Assembly: GCA_009602725.1 (NCBI GenBank)
Contig: WELB01000008.1
Span: 1,230,720 to 1,294,719 of the forward strand
Length of the DNA stretch: 64,000 bases
Source of the DNA: Spirogloea muscicola
Taxonomy: Eukaryota
Reading direction: 5' to 3'
Shown piece after piece: positions 13,446 through 25,757 of this stretch; the first letter of the stretch is position 1, and each line of letters starts with the position of its first letter. The translations under genes were made by a program, and so were the position numbers. A model generated the notes under the pieces. That model was not told the DNA's origin, did not search any database, and saw only the letters and a list, made by a program, of their open reading frames with translations.

Positions 13446-15551
13446 TCAGGACCGTGAATGTTCCATATCATGCTTAGCAGCAGCAGCAGGTGCAGCCTGC
13501 GACAAAGACAGGGGAGGTTTGGGACAATCAGCAACCACTCAAAGGCGAAGACAGGATGGTGCGAGCTTGCCATGTCCCTGCAAGCTGCTCGTGTGAACTG
13601 CTTGTGTCAGACATACACCAGACGTACAAGCACAGTCATACAAACAGCAGAATGATCTCATGCTCTAAGACCAGGTTGCTTACAGGCACCACAAGGTGGT
13701 GGTATACTGTCGTCCCTAAGCTTGCACCAGCTAAGGCAGCCACGGCTGCCGCAGACTTCAGCCCTAGCCCTGCAACCGAAAACGAAGTCAGTGCTCATAT
13801 GTATGCCAACAAAGGTATGCCAACGAACCAGAGACTGTATATTGTCCAAGCTACAGATAAATACAAGTACATGCCAGCATCACCAGGCAACTCGAGTTCA
13901 ACAATGGTAATGGCAATGGTGGTGGCAACGACATCCCTTGAAGTTTCCAGTATACCTGCCACAAAGCCCACAGGGCCACCCACCAGTCCACCAACAGTAG
14001 CCCCAACTATTGAGCTGGCAATGAGACTTGATCCAATCCAGGCAGGGGACACAGATAAAGTCAGCCCCTGGGTCCCCTCTGGAACAGCAGCCGATGCAGA
14101 TGACTTCAGGTTGACCAAGAGTGCAGAGCTTGCCAATGGCGCCATCAGCTCCTTCACAAAGGGCAGCATCTCAGTAGGAGGAGAAGGTGATGCAGGGAGG
14201 CTTTCCTCGCCATTCTCAGCCCCAGAGTACTCATTTGGGGAGGGCTCGCTCAGGATCAGCCCAAGGTCTTCAAGCTCGTCCACTGGCGATGGGCTCCCCA
14301 TGATTGCAATGTCACTAGATGGTGGCTTATGCAGGTTGGTTTTCCTTACGGTCGTCGATGGCTTTGTTCCCAATGACTCATATGGTGCTTCGCCAGCCCA
14401 GGGAGGAGATGCTCGAAGTCGTTCCAGGTTCTTCGTGAGTGACGAGAACACATCAGGTGGCGACCAGGTGCCTTCCCGGTTGGCCCCTGCATTTGCATCA
14501 CCTTTGCCTGATCTGGTCAACCCCTGAGAGACATGTGCCACTGTGGGACCTATGGTCAGGTCCAATTGGTTCATGATCTCGCTGCCCACTTCCAGAGGAC
14601 TCTTCCACGCCCACCAGGCGCTGTTGCCGAGCTCCGTCTTGAACACTTTCACATCAGCACATGGAGCAGAGCCACCATCCTTCATCTCAGCACCGTTGAC
14701 AGCAGTCACAGTCCCCAGGCCCTCTTCCTGAATATGTGCAATCTTCTCTCCAACCCCAGCAGCCTTCCGAGGCTCCCGTGCAGGTACTGCTGCACTGGTG
14801 GCCGCGTCTGCAGCTCCTTGCTGTTGTGGAGTTTCGGTTTTCTGGTGAAGGATAGCTTTGTCTGCCTGCTCAGGTGCAGCAGACTTTGCGCCAGCAGTAA
14901 TTTCAGGGGTTGCATGTGGTGCTGCTATCTGGCTGGAAGGCAGGAAAGGATCAATCTTAAGTGCCACTATCTCTGCGCCGCTCCTGCTGCCTGTTGTTCC
15001 ATCCTCAACTTCGCTACTCTCTAGCCACTGTGCAGGACAAGAGGACGTGTCAACAGAAGGCTCACATACCTGCTAAATCATCACTAGCAGCCTAAGCGTG
15101 TCCTTGACTGATGCAGTGGAGTTTGAGTTGGAGCCTCAGCACCCAGAGTGACAGCATTTGCAAAGATGGTCGATGGGACCTCACATGCAGAAGTTGAGAG
15201 TAGCATGACTGTAACATAATTCAAGCCGAGGGAGAGAGCCTGCAATGGAGGTCTAGCATACATAATATCAACTGTCACATTCGACAGCATCCCTGACATT
15301 ATTTGTGGAAGACTGGGTATGCTTGCCTCGTCCTCTTCAGGAGTTTCAAATTCATTCTGGCTGTCCACTCGTGCAGCTTCCGGTGGGCTGCTGTTAGCCC
15401 GTGGCACGAAACCACCTGAAGCGACAGGGGGTGCAGGGCTCCCCTTGGCCATGCTCGTGGTTGCAGGCCCCGGCGTTAGGCATGTCAGCCCACTGGCAGC
15501 CTCCTGCACAGAGTCCTCGTTCTCGAGCACACCGTGGTCCTGGACGCCCAT
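13446..15551 (-). CDS. Hypothetical protein: long low-complexity region plus C-terminal glycine-zipper hydrophobic hairpin; start uncertain (15551 or 15872)
   Basis: Long ORFs 15084-15872 and 13795-14967. A GT donor at 13955 joins GATVGGLVGGPVGFVAG to LKSAAAVAALAGASLG. Short last exon ends at a TGA at 13446. Confidence 0.45.
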
Positions 15552-15916
15552 TGGAGTCAGCAGCTCAACGTGGGCCGTGCTGTGTGGGGCCAACGCGGGC
15601 AGCCTCTGGCTTTCACGCACGGCACCGCAGCATGGGGAGGCTGAGGCGGCTGCCGCGGAGCGGCGGTCGCCGCCGCCGTCGCATCCGAGAGAAGGCAAGC
15701 GGGCTCGCGCGGAGCACAGCGTGCGCCGAGGTGGGGCGTGAGTGCGTCGATGGTGGGGGAGCGCCGCGAGGTGGTGGGGGAGGAGGCATCCCGTCGGAGC
15801 CGGGCCGGCATCCGGCGGTGCTCCAGTGTAGATCCTGATCCCCTGATCCCCTGATCCCCCCTTCCCCGCCATGTGGCGCCCTGACGGCTGCGCGAGGGCC
15901 TGCCGCCTCTGGGCGA

Positions 15917-17400
15917 TAAAAGAGAAAGCGGCTGCTGATATGAAAGAATCGGCTGTGAAATGCCAGCCAGATGCATACAGGTGTCATGACGGAGCCAAAG
16001 GCTAGGCAGACAGGGCGCCCTCAATACCCCCGTGTCAGCAGTAGGAAGTCAGATGAGCTGAGGGGAGGAAAAAGGGGAAAGTGGAGTGAGAAGTGGCTAT
16101 TAAAAAGTGTAGGGGAAGCGAGGGCTGTGTGGAAAGCCCCTATCCTCAATGGGCGAGCCCCCTCTCTGTGTGGAAAGCCAGCCCGAAATAACCAACGATT
16201 TCCACCTGGGCCGACAGGAGAGAAAGTGGCTCTCCCAATGGGGGCAAGAAGAAGGCTCGCCCATAAAGAAAGAGGGGCTGGCAAAGCCAGCCCAAAAAGA
16301 ATGGACAATGTCCAAAGCCGAAGAATGAGAAGCCGAGGAAGGACTCCTCTACTCTACCAATCACGACAACATACTAGGGAAGCTCAGTACCCGCGAGTGA
16401 GCAACATCAGGTCCGAGTAGCACGAGAAAGCGGCTGCTGATATGAAAGAATCGGCTGTGAAATGCCAGCCAGATGCATACAGGTGTTCATGACGGAGCCA
16501 AAGGCTAGGCAGACTGGGCGCCCTCAATACCCCCGTGTCAGCAGTAGGAAGTCAGATGAGCTGAGGGGAGGAAGAGCAACCCCGCTGCGCAAGCCAGAGG
16601 CTGCTGCAAGGGCGCGACCAGCGCGGCGGTGCAAAGCAAGCGCTTGGGAGCGCTGCAGGGACATAGACAGTCGCATACGGTAGCAGGACACCAGACCCAA
16701 AGGCACCGAGCCACCGGGAAGGGCAGCACCCTGCTCCCGGCGCCGCTGGTCAGCTTGAGAGGCCAGCAGCGAAAGTAACGAGGACCACCGACCCCCGTAA
16801 CACCCATGGATGTCCATGGCCAGGGGGTAAAAGGTATCACCCGCCGGGTGGTCCTTGTACTTGTGCAGCTTCTTCCGCTCGGCTACCTTCACAGCGTAGC
16901 CGGTCTCAGAAGTAATGGGGCCCTTCGTCCGGAAGCTGTCGGTGAGGACAACGTCCATGAGGAGCCGCTTGCCACCTCCCAGGGGGACGCCGACCAGATC
17001 GACACGCCTCGTCCGAGGGACCCCATTGCGGAGGAGGATGGGCATCACCCCAGTGCTCTCCAACGAGGCAGGGAAGGAGGCACTCCGCCGAGACCCGGAG
17101 GCCGCGGCCAGAGCGCGTCCTGCGCGCGTGTGGACAGCGTGGGCAAGGGATCGCTGGAACGATACCGCCAAGCGCATGCGAAAGAGCGCCGCTGGGCGGG
17201 ATAGCGACCAGGTCGGCGCGCCGGGTGTGCGACCGGCCGTCCTCGCCCCGCAGGATGGGCATGACTGAGGAGCACTCCACCGCCACCTTGAAGCCCGCAA
17301 GGGGGCAAGGGCTGCGAAAAGCCAGCCCAAAAAGAATTGACAAAGCTTTGGAGGGGCCGACAGGCCCGAAAGAAGAAGAAGAAGAAAGGGTCCGTTTAGC
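15917..17400 (-). mobile_element. Nested 5'-truncated CRE-like RLE non-LTR retrotransposons (families A and C)
   Basis: RLE motifs RRVDL..LLMDVVLTD..AERKKLHKY..FYPLAMDIHG and YRMRLSMSLQRSQA..LLTRGY*. Three RGY* ends (16021, ~16384, 16524). The family C copy 16427-17062 is flanked by a 5-bp duplication (ACGAG on +). Confidence 0.85.
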
Positions 17401-17439
17401 ATAGGGCTTCATTTCGACGCCATTGAGTGGTGCCTCCTC

Positions 17440-18110
17440 CTCCCGTTCTGACATGGCGCTTTAGGCCCTTCCGTTATTGTGCCCCTTCGAACCTTTACCA
17501 ATCCTTTTTGGACTGGCTTTACACAGCCCTTGCCCCCAATGGGAGAGCCACTTCTTCAATTCATGTAGGCCACGTTTCTCTATGGGCGAGCACTTTCTTT
17601 CTTCACGTTTTGCTAGCTTCTGCTTGAACAGGACAGTGGCTAAAAGAAGGCTTCCCCTTCATTTCACGCGCCTTCTACGTCCGCCACCGACGGGGAAATG
17701 CGAGGCGGGCTGGCCGCGACCCCGGCCTGCGCCAAGTCTACCTGCGGCCACAACCAAAGCCCGGCTTCCCGCCCCGGCTGACTCCCAACCCCCCGCCAGG
17801 ACCGGTGTACAGACTGGACAAACTTGACGACTAACGGCGGGGTGTGACGCCCACCGTTTCACCTCCGGCTCCCGTCAGGGGGATAGTTTTCCGGCAGCTA
17901 GTCTGTCGGATTTCAGGCTCCTCACTCGTAACTACTGAGTCCATCCTCCCCCCGTTCTGATGATATAGCATCTTCAGGCCCCTTCGTAGCTGCTAAGCGT
18001 TTTAGGCCCCTCCATCATTTGGCCCCTTCGAACCTTTGTCAATTCGTGTCGGGCTGGCTGTTCACAGCCCTTGCCCACTTTGGGAGAGCCACTTCCTATT
18101 TGCACAGCCC
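17440..18110 (+). mobile_element. Retrotransposon 3' remnants
   Basis: Hairpin UTRs at ~17500 and ~18050, and a coding tail SGSRQGDSFPAASLSDFRLLTRNY* at ~17865-17938. Confidence 0.7.
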
Positions 18111-18342
18111 CCGCCCTCTTCAGAAGAGCACAATTCACCCTCACGTGCAGCAGCACGACAGTGCCTCCGCTACTTGGGTGGCGTTAATTGGAGACCGCAA
18201 GCGCGCTCAATGAGCTGCTAGTGCGACCGGCGGCGGTCGTGCAGGTCGCAAATCCAGCTGCTACTTTACCTGGATGACTCAACCGGGCCTCTAATGCCAA
18301 GAAATTAAATTCTTGCTAGATCTTGTGATGTAGAAGCAGAAC

Positions 18343-20236
18343 TCACACTCTACCATCCATTCCATCCAAAGCTCCAGCCCAGATGCCTTTCATGGGTGGT
18401 AGCTGGGCCACGAGCCTTGACCAAGGTGGAGGGCCTACGCCACTTCCTCTGACCCGCCCATCCAATCTGAGTGAGATATATCTGACAAAAGATTAAAGTA
18501 CACAAAACAAAAGTGAGGAACTGCTGTTGGCACTAGCAGGTGCTCAGGGGCACTAAGCTTGCGATCAAGCGTTAAGCATTTCCTACCAAAGTAGGTGTAC
18601 AATATCTGGAACTCACACTGGTGTTCCGTCTTTCAAGTTAGCAAACCTCATTTGCTCCTCCAGCCACCTAGTCCATTTGTGACAAACTGTTAGCTACCCG
18701 TCTCCTCTTCACGAGGACATTTGCTCGGACACGATGCCACATCTCAGGAAATGCCTTTTCCGTGGTTGCTCTTGTGGTGTTCTCACTTTCATAAGGCATT
18801 CTCTTGTGGTAATGAAGATCAGGTCAAAAGGTTGGATGATTTGAAGATAGCTCTGCATACAGATACAGCTGATAAGGGAGTGGTCTCACAGCTCAGACTG
18901 AGGAACTTACTTGAACCAGTCACCTGTGTAGATTGGGTACGCTATCCATCTCCTGAGTGTGGATGGATCTCCTTCTTTTGCAACCTCTGTAGCCAATAAG
19001 AACGATCATCGTTCTTAGTTGCACCATCATTGGCAAACCTGCTAAGAGGAATTTAGGCAGTCACAGGCTTCTGCAAAAACAAACTGCTAGCAGTCAGGCA
19101 AAGGCTGTTACAGAAACTGCTGCCCTTTCACGCCGCCTCACACTCAGCTTGTTTGCTGGCCTGCCAAACTCAAGCGAGTCTGATGACCAATTCATCAACC
19201 ACTGCAATGCAGGCACAAGGGCGGCGAGCGTGACCTTCTGAGGCAGCTGTATTTGAGCCATCAGTTGGAAGCGGGACTACAAGCACGCCCCGCTCAATGA
19301 GGGCCTCCTTGAGAGGTTCAGCTACAGCTAGAGACTGTTGTACGTGCTCGGATGATCCGCCTATGAGGATAACCCTTCTGCTGCCTCGTAGCTGCCCCAC
19401 AGTCAGCACCTTCTTGCCCGGAAACTCAAGCCTGAGGTTTGCAAGGTTCTCTTCCCGGGAGAACCGAGCTGTGGAGGCCCTGCCAGCCTTAGCATCGGAC
19501 CTGTTGCAGACGTGCAAGACAATCAGAAAGCGGGCAGCCAAGCCTGTGACCATCATTGCCTGGTCTTTGCCAAGTTATGAGGTGTGCATTGAGAAGGGCT
19601 TCAAGAAGCACCTGTAAAGCAAGCCAAATGCCACAACTGCCGCGACATCGATGGCGAGGCCCTTGAGAGTTTCGGTAAGAGGGTCGGCATTGGGAGCGCC
19701 GGCCAAGGCTCCGACGACTCTGCTAAGTGCAATGAGGCCTCCCAGAGTACCGCTGGCAATGAAGGCCAGGTAAAAGAACATGCGCACTGACCGAAACGGC
19801 GCCGTCACTTCGCTCCTCACCTTGGCTGCCTTGCTGCAGGAAGGTGAACAGAGCGATGGTCGGAAAGTTGCAGACGATGTAAAAGGCTTATCGAAACCAT
19901 GAGCGCGCTTCCAGGCGCTCGCCCAAGAGTTGCACTTGTCATGGCCCTTCAGAATACCCACTTGACACCAAGACCAGTGACAAACCTCACACTGAGCGGG
20001 GTTCGGTTGCCGCGCCCGCCGTCGCCTTGACCGTCCGCTCGGCACGTCAAACCAGCGGTCCGAGGCTGGCCCGCTAGAGAAGGTGGCCTCCTGGCGCGCA
20101 GAGCCCTGGGCAGGCGCAGATGTGCTGACAGGGCGCTGAGTTGGAGGGCAGGGCGAGTGGCACAACGCCTGGCCAGAAGGCTGGGAGTGCCGGCGGCAGC
20201 GCCGCCGGCGGCGTGCAGGGCAGAAGTTGATGCCAT
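18343..20236 (-). CDS. LOW PSII ACCUMULATION 1-like (DUF3493) chloroplast protein, multi-exon
   Basis: Transit-peptide-like start MASTSALHAAGG, then RSEVTAPFRSVRMFFYLAFIASGTLGGLIA, RFSREENLANL, LIERGVLVVP, LRLDGRVRGSGVGPPPW..GMDGRV*. Confidence 0.88.
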
Positions 20237-20396
20237 AAGCTCACGCCGCAGCTCGCGCGCTGCGACGGTGGCGGCGGCGCCGCTGTCGTCTAAGCCGGCT
20301 GGCCTGACAAGCGGCAGAAGGTGTTTTCTGTGGCCACGTCAGATCGGCCACGTCGCGGGGGGGATGGATGGTTTGCAGAAGAAGTGAGATCTTCCA

Positions 20397-20802
20397 GAGG
20401 GGAAGGCGCGCGGAGCGCATGCAATGAAAGAAGAAGAAAGGGAGGCCAACTCAAGCCAATAGTGTTCAAGCAGAGCCTAGTGCGAACTAAACAAGGCTAT
20501 ATAACACGGAGACCTAAGGTAAGGTGCCTAAGGTGACATTAGTACCCACGGGTGAGCACAAACAAATCCGACAAGCTAACTTGGGGAGCTGGAGCGCCGC
20601 CACGAAAGCAGGAGGCCTGACTTAGAGCGCGCCTTGCACGTTGATGAAGAGCCAATGCTTGCGAGCGCTGCAAACTAAGCGAGAGCCGCATTCTGTAATA
20701 TGCGACTAAGGCCTGCGGAATGCTGGAGTGGCCCAAGCTGCCCCCCCGAGTCCGACGACGCGCATCAACCAGCCGGGCCAGATGCTGGATGAGCGAGGAC
20801 CA
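20397..20802 (-). mobile_element. 5'-truncated RLE retrotransposon, family B
   Basis: WSSLIQHLARLVDARR...YYRMRLSLSLQRSQALALHQR...SDLFVLTRGY* followed by a family B UTR. Confidence 0.85.
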
Positions 20803-21545
20803 GTTTCCAAAGAAGAGAAGTGGCTCTCCAAACGGCGGCAACGGCTGTGAGAAGCCAGCCCAGAAAGAATGAGCAAAGGGCCGAAAGGCCAGACGCTTCG
20901 GGCGGTGGGCAGCACAAGGAACCAAACGACTCAAGGAACGAGCTGGAGGAGACCAGGGAAACAGAAAGGGCGTGAGGCGCAGTTCCAACGGGGGACACTT
21001 CTCGCTGAGGAGTCAGCGATCTGTAGTACGCTTCTGGAGAGCCACTTTCTGCCATCCGTAGTACGCTTTCCCTCCGTCATTTTGCCCCTTCGAACCTTTG
21101 TCATTTCTTTTCGGGCTGGCTTTTCATAGCCCTTGCCCCTATTGGGAGAGCCACTTCTTCAGGAACCTAAGCTTCTATGGGACCCGTATGGGCCCTGTCG
21201 GTGGCTGGACCTTCTGCAGCCTCTGGCTTTCGTCACGGGGAGTGCTTTCCGGCGGCTAGTCTTCCTGACTTGCGGCTCAGCCTCTGGCTTTCGTCAAGGG
21301 GAGTGCTTTCCGGCGGCGGCTAGTCTTCCTGCATAGTGAAGGGTGGCCAATTAGAGCCAATATCGTTCAGGCAGGCAAAAGCTAATGCAGAAGCTAGTGG
21401 CGCCTTTCGGCCCTTTGGACCTTCCTTGTTCATTCTTTTTATGTATTGGCTTGAATTGGCCTAGCTTTAATCTCATGCGCACCGCGCGCCTTCTCTCTTT
21501 GGGCTGGCCCTCCTCAGCCACTGCCTCATATTGGAAGCTGGTGCG
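20803..21545. mobile_element. Mixed-orientation retrotransposon 3' remnants
   Basis: Hairpin UTRs at ~20850 (-), ~21110 (+) and ~21500 (+). Duplicated coding tail AASGFR(H/Q)GECFPAASLP at 21217-21336. Family B tail inserted at ~21441-21500. Confidence 0.7.
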
Positions 21546-21590
21546 GAGGGTGACGGACCAACGCTCCCACGCCAACCCGCTCCCATCCCC

Positions 21591-22155
21591 ATTATCGACG
21601 CATACAAGGCTGGCGCACCAACGTCAACCGTGTCTGGCTGGGCCACGTCCAGCGCGGAGCGCAAGAAGGAGCGGCACTACCATGATCATCCTCGAGGGGA
21701 CCATCTTTACCCGTGTGCCATGGATATCTATGGAGGCTACGGCGTGAAATGGTCCTCCCTGATCCAGCATCTGGCCCGGCTGGTTGATGTGCGTCGTCGA
21801 AGTCGGGGGGGCAGCTTGGGCCACTCCAGCATTCCGCAGGCCTTGGTTGCATATTATAGAATGCGGCTCTCGCTTAGTTTGCAGCGCTCGCAAGCATTGG
21901 CTCTTCATCAACGTGCAGGGCGCGCTCTAAGTCAGGCCTCCGGCTTTCGTGGCGGCGCTCCAGCTCCCCAAGTTAGCTTGTCAGATTTGTTTGTGCTCAC
22001 CCGTGGGTACTAATGTCATCTTAGGTACCTTAGATTAGGTCTCCGTATTATGTAGCATTGTTTAGTCTGCACTCGACTCTGCCTGAACAATGTATTGGCT
22101 TGAATTGGCCTCCCTTTCAATTCATGCGCCCCGCGCGCCTTCTCTCATTCTTCTT
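21591..22155 (+). mobile_element. 5'-truncated RLE retrotransposon, family B
   Basis: AERKKERHYHDHPRGDHLYPCAMDIYG...LTRGY* (stop at 22013), then the UTR and a pyrimidine tail. Flanked by an imperfect repeat starting GCTCCCACGCC (21563 and 22156). Confidence 0.88.
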
Positions 22156-22420
22156 GCTCCCACGCCGACCGCCGCTCATCTCCAAGTACGGCGACGAGGA
22201 GGCCGGAAGCTTGGCCACCCCCCGCACCCTCCCTCCGCCGCTTCCCACCAGCCCCGAGCCAGCGAGCTAGCGCCACCAGGCCCGGCGGATCTGCCCGCTT
22301 GCGGCGCCGAGACTGCGCCCCATTGCCTCTGCTGCTTGGCGGAGGGCCATCAGCGGCCGGCAACGGCGGCGGCGCGGCTGCAGCTAGCATGGTAGCGACG
22401 GCAATGTGAATGGAGGCGAC

Positions 22421-25400
22421 ATGTCGGAGGCCCACGAGGGCCCGGAGGGGCCGGAGATGAGGGCGGCCGAGGCGCCGTCCGCCAAAACGCTGGTCGCTGC
22501 GTTCAGGACCGGGCTGTATGTCCTCCTGTGGTTCTTCTTCAGCACCCTCCTCAGCCTGTGAGTTCCATTGGGATTGGGATCCAGGCGCTGGCGCCCGAAA
22601 GCGGCGGCGGCCTCGCTGCTACTTGGATCTCGCCGTCTCAGCGGGGACGGCTCAGTACTCCTGTGAATGCACACCCATTAGCGTAGACAGACCTTAGGCG
22701 GCATCAAGCCTTCATCTTACTAAGAGGAAGACAGAGGAGACGCTTGACTGGTCATGGAAGGTCTCCTGGAGCGCAGGTACAACAAGTTCCTCATTGGAGC
22801 AAAGCATGGAAAATTCCCGGCTCCTCTGCTCATGACAACCATCCACTTCACCATGCAATTTGCAATCTCTGGTCTTTTCCTTAATTGCTGCTGCTCTTCG
22901 GAGGGGCCAGCTGAACCTATACCTTGGAAGGACTACCTGCTGCGAAGTACGTAAAATGGCTCCAACTGTTGCTAGCAGCTTGGAGTGCTTCTCTACTGGG
23001 AGCACGAGGACAATCAAGACCAGCAGCTTGAAGTGCTTCTAGGAGCTAATCACCTACTCAAGAGCTTGCTAGGTGGTGTACATTCATGAGGACCTGACGA
23101 GTGGATGGTCTGGTTGGAGTCTCTTACGAAGGACTGGCTCTCTTGTGTGACGCAGTCATTCCAACGAGCCTCTCAACCGCCCTCGACATTGGTCTCTCCA
23201 ATCTCTCTTTAGGTTTCATTACTTTGACATTCTACACCATGGTCAGTCAACTGTCCACCTACAGCAGGCTACCATACACTTTGTGACGAAAGCACTAGAC
23301 TGATATGCTAGCACCAGATGCGTCACTCTTGTTATCTTTGTACTCCTACATAATTAGTAAATGCTAACTGTCCTGCAATGTGCAGTGCAAGTCCAGTGCC
23401 CCTGTCTTCCTCCTCATCTTCGCCTTCGCTTTCCAGTGAGGACCTATCTCATGTGCACCTGACGAGGCTGTGGAGAAGGCTGTTGGTGGACTTACTGAGG
23501 TGACAGACAGTTTACAGTGCAGTGGCTATGAGAAGACTATGCTTGATTAACACACATTCTGATTCCTTCCTCCAGATTGGAAACACCAAGTTACAAACTT
23601 TTAGGAGTAATAGTGGTCATTTCCATTGGGGTTCTATTCACTGGTAAGCTGCCTTTCCTACCAGTTCATTCGCTATCAGACGTCACCTTAATGAAATCAT
23701 CAGGTTTGCAGTCCATCATATTTTGGCTCAGACTTTGTGAAGAGAGAACACACATTATACAGCAGATGAGAGTGAGACTCTCCTGTATATTACCTGGACA
23801 TAGCTTCTTTCAGGATGATGCTGAGACTGTGCAGCAGTGCTCTGCCTCTTTAAGGCCAGCTTGTTTGTCAGTATGTTCAAAGTATAACATATGCACTTCA
23901 GTAGCAATGAGGGCTAGGAGGTGCTGACCAGAACCGTGCATGTTCTGCATCAGTTGCTGGCGAGACAGAATTCCATGTGATGGGCTTCCTGCTCGTGATG
24001 CTGGCCGCACTAATGTCAGGGTTTAGGTGGGCTCTTATCCAGATCTTGTTGCAGGTTAGTCACATTGCCCTGCCTCATAGCATGGGAGTCATGTGCGGAG
24101 GCTTGTGGGTCAAAGACATTGAGCAGTTCGATTCATAAGGCAATACATCCTGTTCATGGTTGTATGCATGAGCTCACTCGCTATGTACAAGCATCAGTAC
24201 TGGTAACATTTGAAACTGATGTGTTCTTGTGGCTTCCACTGTGCCCTGTTTCTGGTCGTGCTTTCAAACAATCTGGAAAATAGAAAGACAAGCTTGGTGA
24301 GCAACACGTTCTGCAGCCACACAGCAATGAGGGCTTGGCGCATCTTGTCATACTACGATATATTGTGCTTTTGCCCATCTCATATTACTTGCAGGTTGGG
24401 CATCTGTCACAAGCGAGCCTACTCTTGAAGTAGGCTCGCTTGTGACATCCCTGCTGGCCAGCTCTTGTGTACTGACATGACATGATCACTGTCACCATTG
24501 TAGGTCTGTCAAATCCGATTGTAACTCTGTACTACCTGACTCCTGTCATGTCCATAAGTATGGGGCTCCTCTCCTTCGCTTTTGAGCCTTGGGGAAAGCT
24601 TGGCAGGACGCCCTATTTTGACACTCCAAGGCACATATACATAAGTATGGCCATCATGGTTGCTGGAGGGTCACTGGCATTTTGCATGGTAAGTTGTGGA
24701 CGCTCTTGCATACTTGTGACTATGCCTGCTTGTATGCATGAGAAATTATCCTGACTATCCTGCTGTAAGTTTTACTGTAAGTCCTACCCAACTTTGTGGG
24801 CTTGAGCATGTGCTTTGTCAGTAAATAACTTGATCAATGTCATATCCCTCATTCTGAAACATGCCTCACCCCTTGATCATATTGTGCCTGTAGACCTTGT
24901 TGCAAGCTGCAGCCACTACATTACTGAACTTAAGTTGACATTGCTTGCAGATCATGTCAGAGTTTCTCCTGATCTCTGAGACAAGTGCTGTGACGTTCAC
25001 AGTGGCCGGGGTGGTGAAGGAGGGGCTCACAATCCTGGTGCCAACTTGTCCACTCTATCTATTTATGGCAAATCTGAGTCCTGTGCACCATTGAAAGAAG
25101 AGGCATGCTTGCTTGGTAATCAGCTTCTAATTGGCACATTGTGGTGACAGCTGGCTACGCAGGTCAGGTATTTACTTGTTTGACTTGGAATCTGTGGCTT
25201 GTGCAGGTATCACATGTTGTCTTTAATGACAAATTCACAGCAATCAACGTTGTTGGCCTGATAATTATCATGGTTGGCGTCTCTCTTTTCAATGTCTATA
25301 AGTAAGTGAAGATCCTCCACTTGGTTGTCAACTGCAGCTGTGACTACTAATTTTGCTTCTATTCTGCTGTTGACTTGCTTCTTGGCCTTCCGTTTCTCAT

Positions 25401-25757
25401 TGTACACTGACTCCGAGCAGGTACTACAAGATGAAGGAAGGAAGATTGAGTCATCACAATCACGGCGAGTCAGGCACTGCCTTGGATGACCTAGACGGAA
25501 GAGGTCACTCAAGCGCATATGCGAAGACCTTACCTCACATAGCTGAAGACAAAGCTGAGTTGCTAGCCCAATTGAGAGGCGAAGAGTACATGGCAACACC
25601 CCTTTCTCTTCAACGCTCTGATAGTAGAAGCAGACTTGAGATTATTAGCAACAGCGACGAGCGGCGCCTGTTGTCCCCTCGCCTCCCATCTCCAACCTTG
25701 CTGTCGCCACGGATCAATGGGAAGAAGTTGGAACAGAACAAGGCCGGCGGGAGCTGA
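22421..25757 (+). CDS. Sugar-phosphate/nucleotide-sugar transporter, TPT family (SLC35C2/YMD8-like), multi-exon
   Basis: LYVLLWFFFSTLLSL/YNKFLIG..FPAPLLMTTIHFTMQF, PTSLSTALDIGLSNLSLGFITLTFYTM/CKSSAPVF, MSGFRWALIQILLQ, SEFLLISETSAVTFTVAGVVKE. Confidence 0.9.

Noticed and set aside
13490..14527. 345-aa plus-strand ORF
   Set aside because: It is antisense to the better-supported minus-strand gene, which has splice signals and a 5' GC island.
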